Assembly: GCA_043799385.1 (NCBI GenBank)
Contig: JAZDNV010000021.1
Location: 1-21,211, forward strand
DNA length: 21,211 nt
Direction: 5' to 3'
Origin: Candidatus Aenigmatarchaeota archaeon
GTDB lineage: Archaea > Aenigmatarchaeota > Aenigmatarchaeia > GW2011-AR5
Positions within the stretch are counted from its first letter, which is position 1, and every line of letters begins with the position of its first letter. The notes below the pieces were generated by a model. The model searched no databases and was not told the origin of the DNA. It saw only the letters and a program-made list of their open reading frames with translations. Position numbers and translations under genes: made by a program. This document shows positions 1 through 7,926 of this stretch, piece after piece.

Positions 1-183
1 GACCTGGAAGGCGAGCTCGGCATAGAGAGGAGGGGCGCAGAAGCAATCGAAGACGCTGGCGTCAGAATAAAAGACACGCTCATGGGAGGACCAAACGCGA
101 TAATATACCTCATAGAAAGAAAGGACAGGCCGAAATCAGAAGTCGCATTGTACAGGGAATTTCTTGCTGGCGGCAGATACTGA
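1..183 (+). CDS. 3' end of a gene (5'-truncated by the window); C-terminal ACT-like domain resembling that of aspartate kinases
   Basis: Frame 1 is open from base 1 to TGA at 181-183: DLEGELGIERRGAEAIEDAGVRIKDTLMGGPNAIIYLIERKDRPKSEVALYREFLAGGRY. The pattern G.GI...AI.DAGV.I.....IE.KD......LY.EF matches the terminal ACT repeat of aspartokinases. Not in the ORF track. Confidence 0.6.
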   Translation, partial: DLEGELGIERRGAEAIEDAGVRIKDTLMGGPNAIIYLIERKDRPKSEVALYREFLAGGRY

Positions 184-192
184 TACAAAACT

Positions 193-200
193 TTTATTAA
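193..200 (+). promoter_or_regulatory. Probable TATA box for the site-2 protease gene
   Basis: TTTATTAA preceded by an A-rich BRE-like stretch, ending 20 nt before the ATG at 221. Confidence 0.45.
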
Positions 201-220
201 CCTTTGCTTCAATTTATAGC

Positions 221-1408
221 ATGCTTGATTTGATTTCGTTTGTTATCTTCATATTAGTCATAGCTATTCTCATCTATCGCGACAGGGCTAAAGTAAAAAG
301 AGATGGCATACTTCTTATCAGGAGAACGAAGAAAGGAAGGAATTTCATAGACAACGTTGCAAAGAGCCATAAAAAATTCTGGAATTATTTCACCACCTTC
401 GGAATAATAATCGCGATTATCGCTTTGATTATCGCAACCGTGTACATACTCAATGCATCTTTTGATGTTGCGACAAAAAAGACAAAGGAAGGGGCGGTCA
501 GGCTTCTTTTGCCTGGTCCGGTTTCATCGCCAGTCGGCGACGTTCCGGCAGTTTTCATAATGCCGTGGTGGATATGGGTCATCGGCGTCATAATAGTTAT
601 GATACCGCATGAGTTCATGCACGGAATCGCATGCAGGATAGAGAACATCAGGATAAAATCAGTCGGCTGGTTACTACTATTGTTTATTCCTGGCGCTTTC
701 GTCGAGCAGGACGATGAGCAACTAAAAAAGAAAAAGGTAATAACGAAGCTGAAGGTCTATGCAGCCGGCAGCTTTGCCAATATCGTAGTCGCATTTATAA
801 TCCTGATCATGCTAAGTTTTTCGCAGCCGTCGCCGATAGTAGGCTCGTCATTCGCCCTGATAAACAATTCGCCTGCATATAACGCGAGTCTGGCAGGAGC
901 GATAACAGAGATAGATGGAAAAGTCATTCATAGCGCCAGCGATATGAACGATGCGTTGCTGGCGCACAAGCCATACGATGTAGTCGAGATAAAGACTGCA
1001 AGAACCGTTGATGCCATTCCAATATTCAATTTCAACGTCATGCCCGACCCAGCGTTTGTTGCCGACATGAAGAATATAACTGTACACAAAGTCGCATTAG
1101 GAAACCATCCGAACGAAACCGGACGGGCGTATCTTGGCGTCTATGGCCAGAGTTTTGTGCCAGTAGTTGAGTCGAGCATATTTCTGCCAATCTACCAGGT
1201 TATGTTCTGGGCTTTCTTATTCTCGCTTGGCATCGGTTTGGTTAATCTGCTACCTATAAAGCCGTTGGACGGCGGGCTGATAATGGAAGAAATCGTCTGC
1301 AGGTTTGTCAAAGGCAGAAAAGGGAAAAATATTGTTAAGGCAGTATCGATTCTGTTGTTGATGGCGCTGTTATTCAACATAATCGGGCCAATACTGCTAT
1401 CGCTCTAG
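221..1408 (+). CDS. Site-2 protease family (M50) intramembrane zinc metalloprotease with PDZ-like domain
   Basis: HEFMH (HExxH), GAFVE, AAGSFAN and NLLPIKPLDGG motifs, several TM segments and a PDZ-like stretch (NSPAYNASL..ITEIDG). The ATG at 221 is preferred over the track's TTG at 164, which overlaps the upstream gene. Confidence 0.93.
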   Translation: MLDLISFVIFILVIAILIYRDRAKVKRDGILLIRRTKKGRNFIDNVAKSHKKFWNYFTTFGIIIAIIALIIATVYILNASFDVATKKTKEGAVRLLLPGPVSSPVGDVPAVFIMPWWIWVIGVIIVMIPHEFMHGIACRIENIRIKSVGWLLLLFIPGAFVEQDDEQLKKKKVITKLKVYAAGSFANIVVAFIILIMLSFSQPSPIVGSSFALINNSPAYNASLAGAITEIDGKVIHSASDMNDALLAHKPYDVVEIKTARTVDAIPIFNFNVMPDPAFVADMKNITVHKVALGNHPNETGRAYLGVYGQSFVPVVESSIFLPIYQVMFWAFLFSLGIGLVNLLPIKPLDGGLIMEEIVCRFVKGRKGKNIVKAVSILLLMALLFNIIGPILLSL

Positions 1409-2850
1409 TATGCCTTTGCCACGTAGACGACATGCTTCGCTGGCTTTCCGCATATAACACAATTCCCAGTCGGTTTCTCTTTCACGAGCTTTGCGCCCCT
1501 TATCTCGGCATGCAGTTCTTTCTCAATCTTTTCAGCACATTTTTCGCCGTCTTTTTCCATCGAACAGAAGTTTATGCCCACCAATCCGCCGTTCTCAATG
1601 TTTTTAGAAATTTCTTGGAACGATTTTGCATTCCTTATTCTTGATTCAAAATTTTTTCTGGCTGTCTCTTTCAAGTTTTTATAAATGACGTCAAGCATCT
1701 CTCCGACTTTTTTTGCATCTTTCAGTATTATTTTCTCTCCAGTATCGCGCCTCACTGCTATGAATTGTTTCTTTTCAATATCCTTCGGGCCTATCTCTAT
1801 TCTAATAGGGACACCTTTCATCTCCCACTCATGGAACTTGAAGCCCGGACGGTAACCACGCGAATCGATTCTTGCACGAAGACCGAGCTTCTCAATCTCT
1901 TTCAGTATATTTTTCGCCTCTTTTTCCACAAGCTCTTCCTTCCCCTTGATAGGTATAGGTATTACAATAACTTGTGTTGGAGCAACAGGCGGCGGAAGAA
2001 TCATACCTTTGTCGTCGCCATGAACGGAGATTACAGCACCGACGATTCTCGAGACGCCTGGTCCGTAGCATGTCTGATATGCATACTCGCTATCGCCTTT
2101 TTCATTTGCGAACTTTATGTGGAAAGGCTTTGAAAATTTCTGGCCAAGATTATGAGTCGTTGCTACTTGCAACGTCTTGCCGTCAGGCATTATCGTATCG
2201 TATGCATATGTCTTTTCAGCGCCAGGAAACTTGTCCCATTCAGGCCGCTGCAAGAGCATGAAAGGAAGACCTAGTTTTTCAGAAAGAACTTTTTCAGTTA
2301 TAGCCATATCTTCTTTTACCTGCTTCTCAGCGTCTTCGTTAGTTTTCTGCACCGTATGCGCTTCGATCCAGAAGAATTCCCTGCCGCGAAGAAGCGGTTT
2401 TGTCATCTTCGTTTCGTATCGGTAAATCTGCGCGCACTGGTATAATTTCAGCGGAAGATCAGTATGTGAACGAATCCACAGAGAATACATGGGATAGAAG
2501 GCTGTCTCTGACGTGGGCCTCAGAAGCAGCCGCTCATCCAGCTTGTTCTCTCCTGCATGGGTTATCCAGAAGACCTCTTTCTCAAAGCTCTTGACATGCT
2601 CTGATTCTTTTTTCAAATTGCCTTCCGGTATCAGTACAGGAAAACTCACAGGATTGTGGCCGGTTTTCTGCAATTCCTCTTCCAATGCGTCAAAGATTTG
2701 ATTTATTACAAACATTCCCCACGGCTTGTAGACAACAAAACCTTTCACAGGATATCTTTTATCGACGATATCGCACTTGTCCATTACTTCCAGATACCAT
2801 TCGCTAAAATCATCACTTCTTTTCGTCTTTATGCCAAGTTCCTCGCTCAT
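1405..2850 (-). CDS. proS: Proline--tRNA ligase, archaeal/eukaryotic type
   Basis: DFSEWY, LRPTSET, YRYETK..PLLRGREFFWIEAHT, WEMKGVPIRIEIGPKD anticodon domain, Cys-containing C-terminal domain ending AKAY. Confidence 0.98.
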   Translation of the reverse strand: MSEELGIKTKRSDDFSEWYLEVMDKCDIVDKRYPVKGFVVYKPWGMFVINQIFDALEEELQKTGHNPVSFPVLIPEGNLKKESEHVKSFEKEVFWITHAGENKLDERLLLRPTSETAFYPMYSLWIRSHTDLPLKLYQCAQIYRYETKMTKPLLRGREFFWIEAHTVQKTNEDAEKQVKEDMAITEKVLSEKLGLPFMLLQRPEWDKFPGAEKTYAYDTIMPDGKTLQVATTHNLGQKFSKPFHIKFANEKGDSEYAYQTCYGPGVSRIVGAVISVHGDDKGMILPPPVAPTQVIVIPIPIKGKEELVEKEAKNILKEIEKLGLRARIDSRGYRPGFKFHEWEMKGVPIRIEIGPKDIEKKQFIAVRRDTGEKIILKDAKKVGEMLDVIYKNLKETARKNFESRIRNAKSFQEISKNIENGGLVGINFCSMEKDGEKCAEKIEKELHAEIRGAKLVKEKPTGNCVICGKPAKHVVYVAKAY

Positions 2851-2868
2851 ATAAATCTTATCTGCTCT

Positions 2869-4080
2869 CTATTTTTTATGTATTTCCATCACGTCCAGGT
2901 CCTTGCATTCGCACTTCTGCCCGAGCAATGAAGAAATGCTAGGTACCGTTCGTCCTTCATCGCCTGATATGAGTTCCTTTACGTATAATCCTGCCTCGCC
3001 GCGGACTGTGAGCAAGAATTTTTTTCTGTTCACGAATTTAGTTTTTATTGATATTACTTTTCTTTTCCTTAGCTTGTCTGCTCGGCGATGCAACACGCGT
3101 CTTGGCGTTTTCTGCCTTATCTCGCCGACAATCGCATTCAATCTTTTCAGGTCTTTCTTTTCTATTTTTTCGCAAATCACGATGCAATGATAAGTCTTGT
3201 CAAGTTTAGATTCCTTTATCTTCCGCACCTCGACTATATCTGAAAAACGCACGTTTCTTATTCGCACAGCTTTTGCGATTTTCTTCGCGAACTTTTTAAG
3301 GTCTATATCGCGGACCTTGGGTGCGATTATCTCAAGAACAAAGGGGCGCCACGCAAGACATCGCGCATCTATATCCTCTCTGCCGAGACCGTGCAGCTTG
3401 TGAGCGCTGCCGCGGGTTGCGAGCATGTACGGCTTTGCGGTTATCTGTTCTATCGATGTTTTGTACTTTCCAGACGGCCATCGGGTCTGCGGTATGCCGC
3501 GAATCAGTTTTTGGTATTCACCGTAAATGAAAATCGGGTTTATCTCTGCGTCAACGCTGTTCTTTGATATGTTGACAATAAAATTGACGTCAGGACTCTT
3601 AAGATTGCATTTTTTCTTTAGTTTTTTCTCGATGCGCTTTCCGATCTCGCGGTTTATCTCCGCTTTCAGCGGCTCGCAGTAATCGATACCGACGCTCTCC
3701 CACAAATCCTCCTCTTGTGCCGTAAGCTCTGAGGATAATTTTGTACCGATAAGAAATGTTTTGAATTCAAAATTTGATCTCTTTTCTATTTTTTCAATCC
3801 ACTTATCCAGATTTTTGAAAAAATCGTCGCAAATCACGCATTTCCCTTCCTTTATTTTTTTCTTTATCTCAAGATTATGAAATTTATAATCAGCGAAGTT
3901 AGATAAATCAAGTCCGCTTTCAAAATTCTCATTGTCAATGCTCATCGCAACAATTGCACGGATAATTTTTCCGCGCTCCTCGTTGCCATAGCCGCTCAAT
4001 AACTGCGCGAACTGGCGACCGAGGCAGTGGTCGCATATCGGTTGCAATAGAATCTTATTCGCCTTTTCTAGGACGTTCAT
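2869..4080 (-). CDS. pus10: tRNA pseudouridine(54/55) synthase Pus10
   Basis: N-terminal CDHCLGRQF and CVICD, RGIPQTRWP, catalytic GREDIDA, QKTPRRVLHRRAD, GLYVKELISGDEGRTVPS. Confidence 0.96.
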   Translation of the reverse strand: MNVLEKANKILLQPICDHCLGRQFAQLLSGYGNEERGKIIRAIVAMSIDNENFESGLDLSNFADYKFHNLEIKKKIKEGKCVICDDFFKNLDKWIEKIEKRSNFEFKTFLIGTKLSSELTAQEEDLWESVGIDYCEPLKAEINREIGKRIEKKLKKKCNLKSPDVNFIVNISKNSVDAEINPIFIYGEYQKLIRGIPQTRWPSGKYKTSIEQITAKPYMLATRGSAHKLHGLGREDIDARCLAWRPFVLEIIAPKVRDIDLKKFAKKIAKAVRIRNVRFSDIVEVRKIKESKLDKTYHCIVICEKIEKKDLKRLNAIVGEIRQKTPRRVLHRRADKLRKRKVISIKTKFVNRKKFLLTVRGEAGLYVKELISGDEGRTVPSISSLLGQKCECKDLDVMEIHKK

Positions 4081-4111
4081 AAGAAATCATTCATAATTAA
4101 TGATTAAAAAC

Positions 4112-4669
4112 CTACTCGCTGATAATCAGCGCACTAAACTTGTATATTTTCGCTCGCGGGTCAAGCCACATGTCTGTTGTCAGACCGGCTTTAATGCACA
4201 GATTATCTAAGAAATCCTTTTTGCCCGGAATCTGCTCCCAGACCTGCGGCAGGAACAACCCTTCGTAGGGACCGTATCTGATTATCAAACCATCTTCCTT
4301 GGTTATTTTTTCCAGATATTCTTCCGGACGGTTGACCATTATCATCTCTGGTTCGGTCAATATGGATATTTCGATTTTTATCTTTTTCAATTCCTTCTCG
4401 CTCAGCGGCGGAAAACGCGGGTCTTCGCACACTGATTGCGCCGCATCGATGAGTGCGTCGATTACCGATTTGACAGGATACGGCAAACCGATGCAGCCAC
4501 GCAGCTCATTATTCTTGTTTATCGTGCAGAAGATGCCGTGATTCTCGTTGAATTTTTGAGGATAGCTGTACGGTTTTTCTATTCGTTTTCTTTTCACAAC
4601 GTTCTCTATCGTGCTGCGGGCAAGCGAAAGCAGAAACTTTTTGTCCTCATCGGTTATGGTCAGCGACAT
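4112..4669 (-). CDS. AMMECR1/AmmeMemoRadiSam protein A family protein
   Basis: GIFCTI, signature LRGCIG, DPRFPPL, IEISILT, GLFLPQV, LCIKAGL. Confidence 0.95.
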   Translation of the reverse strand: MSLTITDEDKKFLLSLARSTIENVVKRKRIEKPYSYPQKFNENHGIFCTINKNNELRGCIGLPYPVKSVIDALIDAAQSVCEDPRFPPLSEKELKKIKIEISILTEPEMIMVNRPEEYLEKITKEDGLIIRYGPYEGLFLPQVWEQIPGKKDFLDNLCIKAGLTTDMWLDPRAKIYKFSALIISE

Positions 4670-4693
4670 TAATAAGAATTAGAACCAAGGCTT

Positions 4694-4915
4694 TTATTTC
4701 TTTCTTTTTTTGGCCTTCTTTTTTATTTTCCTCTTTTTTCCAAATTTCAAGAAGTTGAAAACGCTCTTCTCCTCGTTTTCCAGCTTCCTTTCTGTGCGCT
4801 CAAGACGTTTCTCAATTCTTTTCAGCCTGCTCACCTCGTATGCTAAGTAGAACAAAAACAGCGCTACTAGCACGAGCAGGAATAAAAGCAAATCGATTAC
4901 AGGAAGGTATATCAT
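4694..4915 (-). CDS. Small single-pass membrane protein with coiled coil and Lys/Arg-rich tail
   Basis: 73 aa: hydrophobic N-terminal helix, RLKRIEKRLERTERKLE heptads, KKRKIKKKAKKRKK end. It fits tightly between co-oriented genes. Confidence 0.7.
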   Translation of the reverse strand: MIYLPVIDLLLFLLVLVALFLFYLAYEVSRLKRIEKRLERTERKLENEEKSVFNFLKFGKKRKIKKKAKKRKK

Positions 4916-4919
4916 TCAA

Positions 4920-5435
4920 TCACGCATAATACTTGATTCCGAGTATTAAAATAATTATCATCGTGTATATTAAAATTATAGCATCAGCTGCTCCTGCACC
5001 TAGAACGCTTATTGTCGTTGATTTTTCCAGTAAAATGTCACCGGACACGACCCTTGCGTTCACCTTGTAATCGCCGATGGGAACATTGTATGGTATCTTG
5101 AAATTCACGGTTCTTGTTATCGATTTTTCTTCCTGGAGATAGCCAAAACCTTCCTCCACAAGTATTTGCTCGGTCTGCATGCCTTTGCTGATCGATGTTT
5201 TTTCCGGTATCTCCGTCTGCAGGATTGCGCCGTCTACTATAGCGTTTTCAGGGCTAAGAACGACAACTTCCATCTCTGCATTGCTAATCAGTCCAAATGT
5301 CTTCAGCTCGACAAATATTGTCCCGCTCTCGCCCGACTGGTATAAACCGCGGTCAGTGAAGACATTTAGTTCTGGGACTTTGGCTATGGCAAATGATACC
5401 AAGAACAATACGAACATCAGATAAATTTTCTTCAT
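4920..5435 (-). CDS. Exported, C-terminally anchored Ig-like (MG2-like) protein
   Basis: The real start is probably ATG 5435 (MKKIYLMFVLFLVSFAIA signal peptide), because the track's upstream extension runs through the tRNA gene. VFTDRGLYQSGE and FKIP..VPIGDYKV resemble macroglobulin MG2 folds. There is a C-terminal hydrophobic anchor. Confidence 0.72.
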   Translation of the reverse strand: MKKIYLMFVLFLVSFAIAKVPELNVFTDRGLYQSGESGTIFVELKTFGLISNAEMEVVVLSPENAIVDGAILQTEIPEKTSISKGMQTEQILVEEGFGYLQEEKSITRTVNFKIPYNVPIGDYKVNARVVSGDILLEKSTTISVLGAGAADAIILIYTMIIILILGIKYYA

Positions 5436-5478
5436 GATAATAATTGGTCGCCCAGTATTTATATTTTGAGAAGTAAAA

Positions 5479-5593
5479 TAGCGGGGAGAGGATTTGAACC
5501 TCCGACCTTCGGGTACCCCTTCTTTGGTCAAACTTTCTTTCTAAGAAAGTTTGTTATGGGCCCGACGAGCACTCCAGGCTGCTCCACCCCGCT
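5479..5593 (-). tRNA. Initiator tRNA-Met (CAT) with a 40-nt intron at 37/38 (intron 5515-5554); CCA not encoded
   Basis: Minus strand reads AGCGGGG TG GAGC AGCCTGGAGT GCTC G TCGGG CC CAT A [intron] A CCCGA AGGTC GGAGG TTCAAAT CCTCT CCCCGCT A. It has A1-U72, three consecutive G-C pairs in the anticodon stem and anticodon CAT (5556-5558), and is followed by TTTT. Confidence 0.95.
5529..5553. repeat. Perfect 11-bp inverted repeat inside the tRNA intron
   Basis: CAAACTTTCTT-tct-AAGAAAGTTTG. Confidence 0.95.
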
Positions 5594-5614
5594 GGTCAAT
5601 AATTTCGGCATTCA

Positions 5615-5633
5615 TTTTTAAATAGCTTATAAA
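5615..5633. promoter_or_regulatory. Back-to-back TATA boxes for tRNA-iMet (minus) and the rnhB operon (plus)
   Basis: Minus-strand TATTTAAAAA (5624-5615) upstream of the tRNA 5' end at 5593. Plus-strand CTTATAAA (5626-5633) ends 26 nt before ATG 5660. Confidence 0.55.
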
Positions 5634-5659
5634 TCAGTTAATATTCGGATAGATTGACT

Positions 5660-6319
5660 ATGAAGATTCTCGGCATTGATGAGGCAGGCAAGGGACCCGT
5701 CATCGGACCGCTAGTCATCTGCGGCTATCTGGTCGACAGCAGAAATCTTAAAAAGCTGGAAAGACTTGGCGTAAAAGACTCGAAATTGCTCAGTGCGAGA
5801 AAAAGAGAATCGATGATAAATGATTTGCAAAAGATTGCCGACGACTTCATATTGATTAAGATGTCGGCGAAAGAAATCGACAGGATGAGGACGATTACAA
5901 ATCTAAATAAATTAGAGATAGCGAGAATCCAGGAAATTATAAACATGCTCGATGCGGACAAAGTAGTGATAGACGCCTTCGAGGCGAATGTGAAAAAATT
6001 CAACGAGCAGATATCAAGAAAAGTGAAAAACAAAAAAACAAAAATAATCACCGAGAATTTTGCAGACAAGAATTACCTTGAGGTCGGCGCTGCATCGATA
6101 CTGGCAAAGGTTAATCGCGACAACGAGATATATGAACTGCAGAAAGCATACGGCGACTTCGGTTCAGGCTACCCGTCTGATGAAATGACTATCAGCTTTT
6201 TAAAGGATTGGATTAAAAAGAATAAAGAGTTCCCAGACTGCGTAAGGAAAAGCTGGATGACAATACAATGGATAATGGAAGAAGTCGAGCAAAGTGATTT
6301 GAAAAGGTTTTCGCAATGA
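5660..6319 (+). CDS. rnhB: Ribonuclease HII
   Basis: GIDEAGKGPVIGPL, GVKDSK, VIDA, AD..Y.EVGAASILAKVNRD, DFGSGYPSD, VRKSW. The start is ATG 5660 (TTG 5654 possible). Confidence 0.98.
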   Translation: MKILGIDEAGKGPVIGPLVICGYLVDSRNLKKLERLGVKDSKLLSARKRESMINDLQKIADDFILIKMSAKEIDRMRTITNLNKLEIARIQEIINMLDADKVVIDAFEANVKKFNEQISRKVKNKKTKIITENFADKNYLEVGAASILAKVNRDNEIYELQKAYGDFGSGYPSDEMTISFLKDWIKKNKEFPDCVRKSWMTIQWIMEEVEQSDLKRFSQ

Positions 6320-6600
6320 AAATCAGGGAATATTTTGATTTGGAAATGAAGTCGACAGTGATTCATGCAGTAGTCGGTTGCATAGCCGGTTACATATCGT
6401 TTCTGATAAACCAGCCGAATATAGGTTTGATTGCTGCAATGGCGTTGCTGATCGCTACGACTCTCTCAACAAAGACGCTGTTCAAAATAAAAAAGGAACT
6501 CAAATGGTGGTTCGGAAACGGGATAGTCGTGTATCTTTTCCTATGGATTATTGTGTGGACCATATTCTACACGATTAGACTAAGGGCAACACTACCGTGA
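6316..6600 (+). CDS. Archaeal EMC6-like (DUF5379-type) three-helix membrane protein
   Basis: 94 aa with three hydrophobic segments, H....G..AG..SF near the N-terminus and KWW.GNG...YLFLW..VWT.FY at the C-terminus. ATGA overlap with rnhB. Confidence 0.75.
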   Translation: MKIREYFDLEMKSTVIHAVVGCIAGYISFLINQPNIGLIAAMALLIATTLSTKTLFKIKKELKWWFGNGIVVYLFLWIIVWTIFYTIRLRATLP

Positions 6601-7895
6601 ACGATATGAGAATTTATTCTAATGAATTGCAAGGAATGGACGGAAAGAAAGTCACGATTGCTGGGTGGCTGCGCACGATAAGGGATATCGGCAAGACAAA
6701 ATTCCTGATAGTTGCCGACCGTTTTGGCAGCGTGCAGATAGTCGTGAAGAAAGGGGAGGTCAGCGATGACGTTGAAAAAAAAGTCTCCCCATTGAATCGA
6801 GAGGACGTTTTGTCGGTAAGCGGCATCGCGAAGGCGAGCAAGCAGGCGCCGAATGGCATTGAAATATTTCCTGAGGGCATCGAGATACTTGCAAAGGCCG
6901 AGACGCCGCTGCCCATTGAAACTGATGAAAGAATCAAGTCCAACCTTGATACAAGGCTTGATTACCGCTTCTTGGATTTGAGAAAACCGGAGAATCGTGC
7001 AGTATTCAGAATTAAAGACGTAATCCAGAGGAATTTTGTAAGGTATCTTGAAGAGCATGGCTTTATTCTGGTGAATACGCCAGTAATTGTCGCTGCTGCA
7101 ACAGAGGGTGGAACCGACCTGTTTCCGATATCCTATTTCGAGAAAGAAGCCTTCCTGGGTCAGAGCCCGCAATTATACAAACAAATCCTTATGGCATCCG
7201 GCCTTGACAAAGTCGCTATCATTGTCCCGGTTTTCCGGGCCGAAGAGCACGACACGAGCTTCCATTTGAATGAATCGATACAGATGGACATTGAAACAGC
7301 CTTTGTAAAAGACGAAGAGGATGCACTTAGATACCTAGACGGCGTAATAGGTTTTATTTATAAAAAGGTAAAGGAAGAATGCAAGGAAGAGTTAGAATTA
7401 TTGAACAAAGACTTGGTTGTTCCTGAATTGCCAATAAAGCGATTGACATATGATGAAGCGATTGCAATCGCCGAAAAAGAAAAAATAAAAATCAAATGGG
7501 GAGAAGACCTGACGCCAGAAGCTCAACGGGCGATATGCAAGCATCACAATCCGGTCATAATAAAAAAATGGCCGACAGATGTCAGGGCTTTCTACGCGAT
7601 GCCTGAGCCAGGCAACAGGAAAATATGCAGGGGATATGATCTGCTGATAGACGGCGTAGAGGTCTGCTCCGGTGCGCAGAGGATACATGATTACAAAGAA
7701 TTAGTGGATGAGATGAAAAGAAGGAAGATGAACCCGAAAAATTTCAAATTCTATCTCGATGCGTTCAGATACGGAATGCCTCCTCACGCAGGCTGGTCGA
7801 TCGGCCTTGAGAGGATTACGATGATAATGACAGGCCTGAAGAATATCCGTGAAGTGGTTTTGTTCCCAAGGGACAAGAAAAGACTTTCACCATAA
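6597..7895 (+). CDS. aspS: Aspartate--tRNA ligase, archaeal type (probably non-discriminating)
   Basis: OB-fold GWLRTIRDIG, LDTRLDYRFLDLR, ATEGGTDLF, LGQSPQLYKQ, FRAEEHDT, SGAQRIH, YGMPPHAGWSIGLER, FPRD. The start is GTG 6597 or ATG 6606. Confidence 0.97.
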   Translation: MNDMRIYSNELQGMDGKKVTIAGWLRTIRDIGKTKFLIVADRFGSVQIVVKKGEVSDDVEKKVSPLNREDVLSVSGIAKASKQAPNGIEIFPEGIEILAKAETPLPIETDERIKSNLDTRLDYRFLDLRKPENRAVFRIKDVIQRNFVRYLEEHGFILVNTPVIVAAATEGGTDLFPISYFEKEAFLGQSPQLYKQILMASGLDKVAIIVPVFRAEEHDTSFHLNESIQMDIETAFVKDEEDALRYLDGVIGFIYKKVKEECKEELELLNKDLVVPELPIKRLTYDEAIAIAEKEKIKIKWGEDLTPEAQRAICKHHNPVIIKKWPTDVRAFYAMPEPGNRKICRGYDLLIDGVEVCSGAQRIHDYKELVDEMKRRKMNPKNFKFYLDAFRYGMPPHAGWSIGLERITMIMTGLKNIREVVLFPRDKKRLSP

Positions 7896-7897
7896 AA

Positions 7898-7905
7898 TTT
7901 ATATA
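7898..7905 (+). promoter_or_regulatory. TATA box for the 73-aa membrane protein gene
   Basis: TTTATATA ending 21 nt before ATG 7927. Confidence 0.6.
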
Positions 7906-7926
7906 CCAGGACAACAATGAATAATC

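Noticed and set aside
164..220. Upstream starts given by the track (164, 9107, 11676, 16916)
   Set aside because: They overlap the preceding gene or promoter. Downstream ATGs at 221, 9125, 11718 and 16877 fit spacing and domain boundaries better.
5436..5531. N-terminal 32-aa extension of the 4920-5531 ORF
   Set aside because: It runs through the tRNA-iMet 3' half and intron. A proper signal peptide starts at ATG 5435.
5529..5553. Hairpin as a CRISPR repeat or intrinsic terminator
   Set aside because: It is a single copy with no spacers or cas genes, and it lies inside a tRNA intron.
4694..5593. Integrated element at the tRNA-iMet 3' end
   Set aside because: I found no integrase and no duplicated tRNA 3' segment in the window, and the downstream genes quickly return to core functions.
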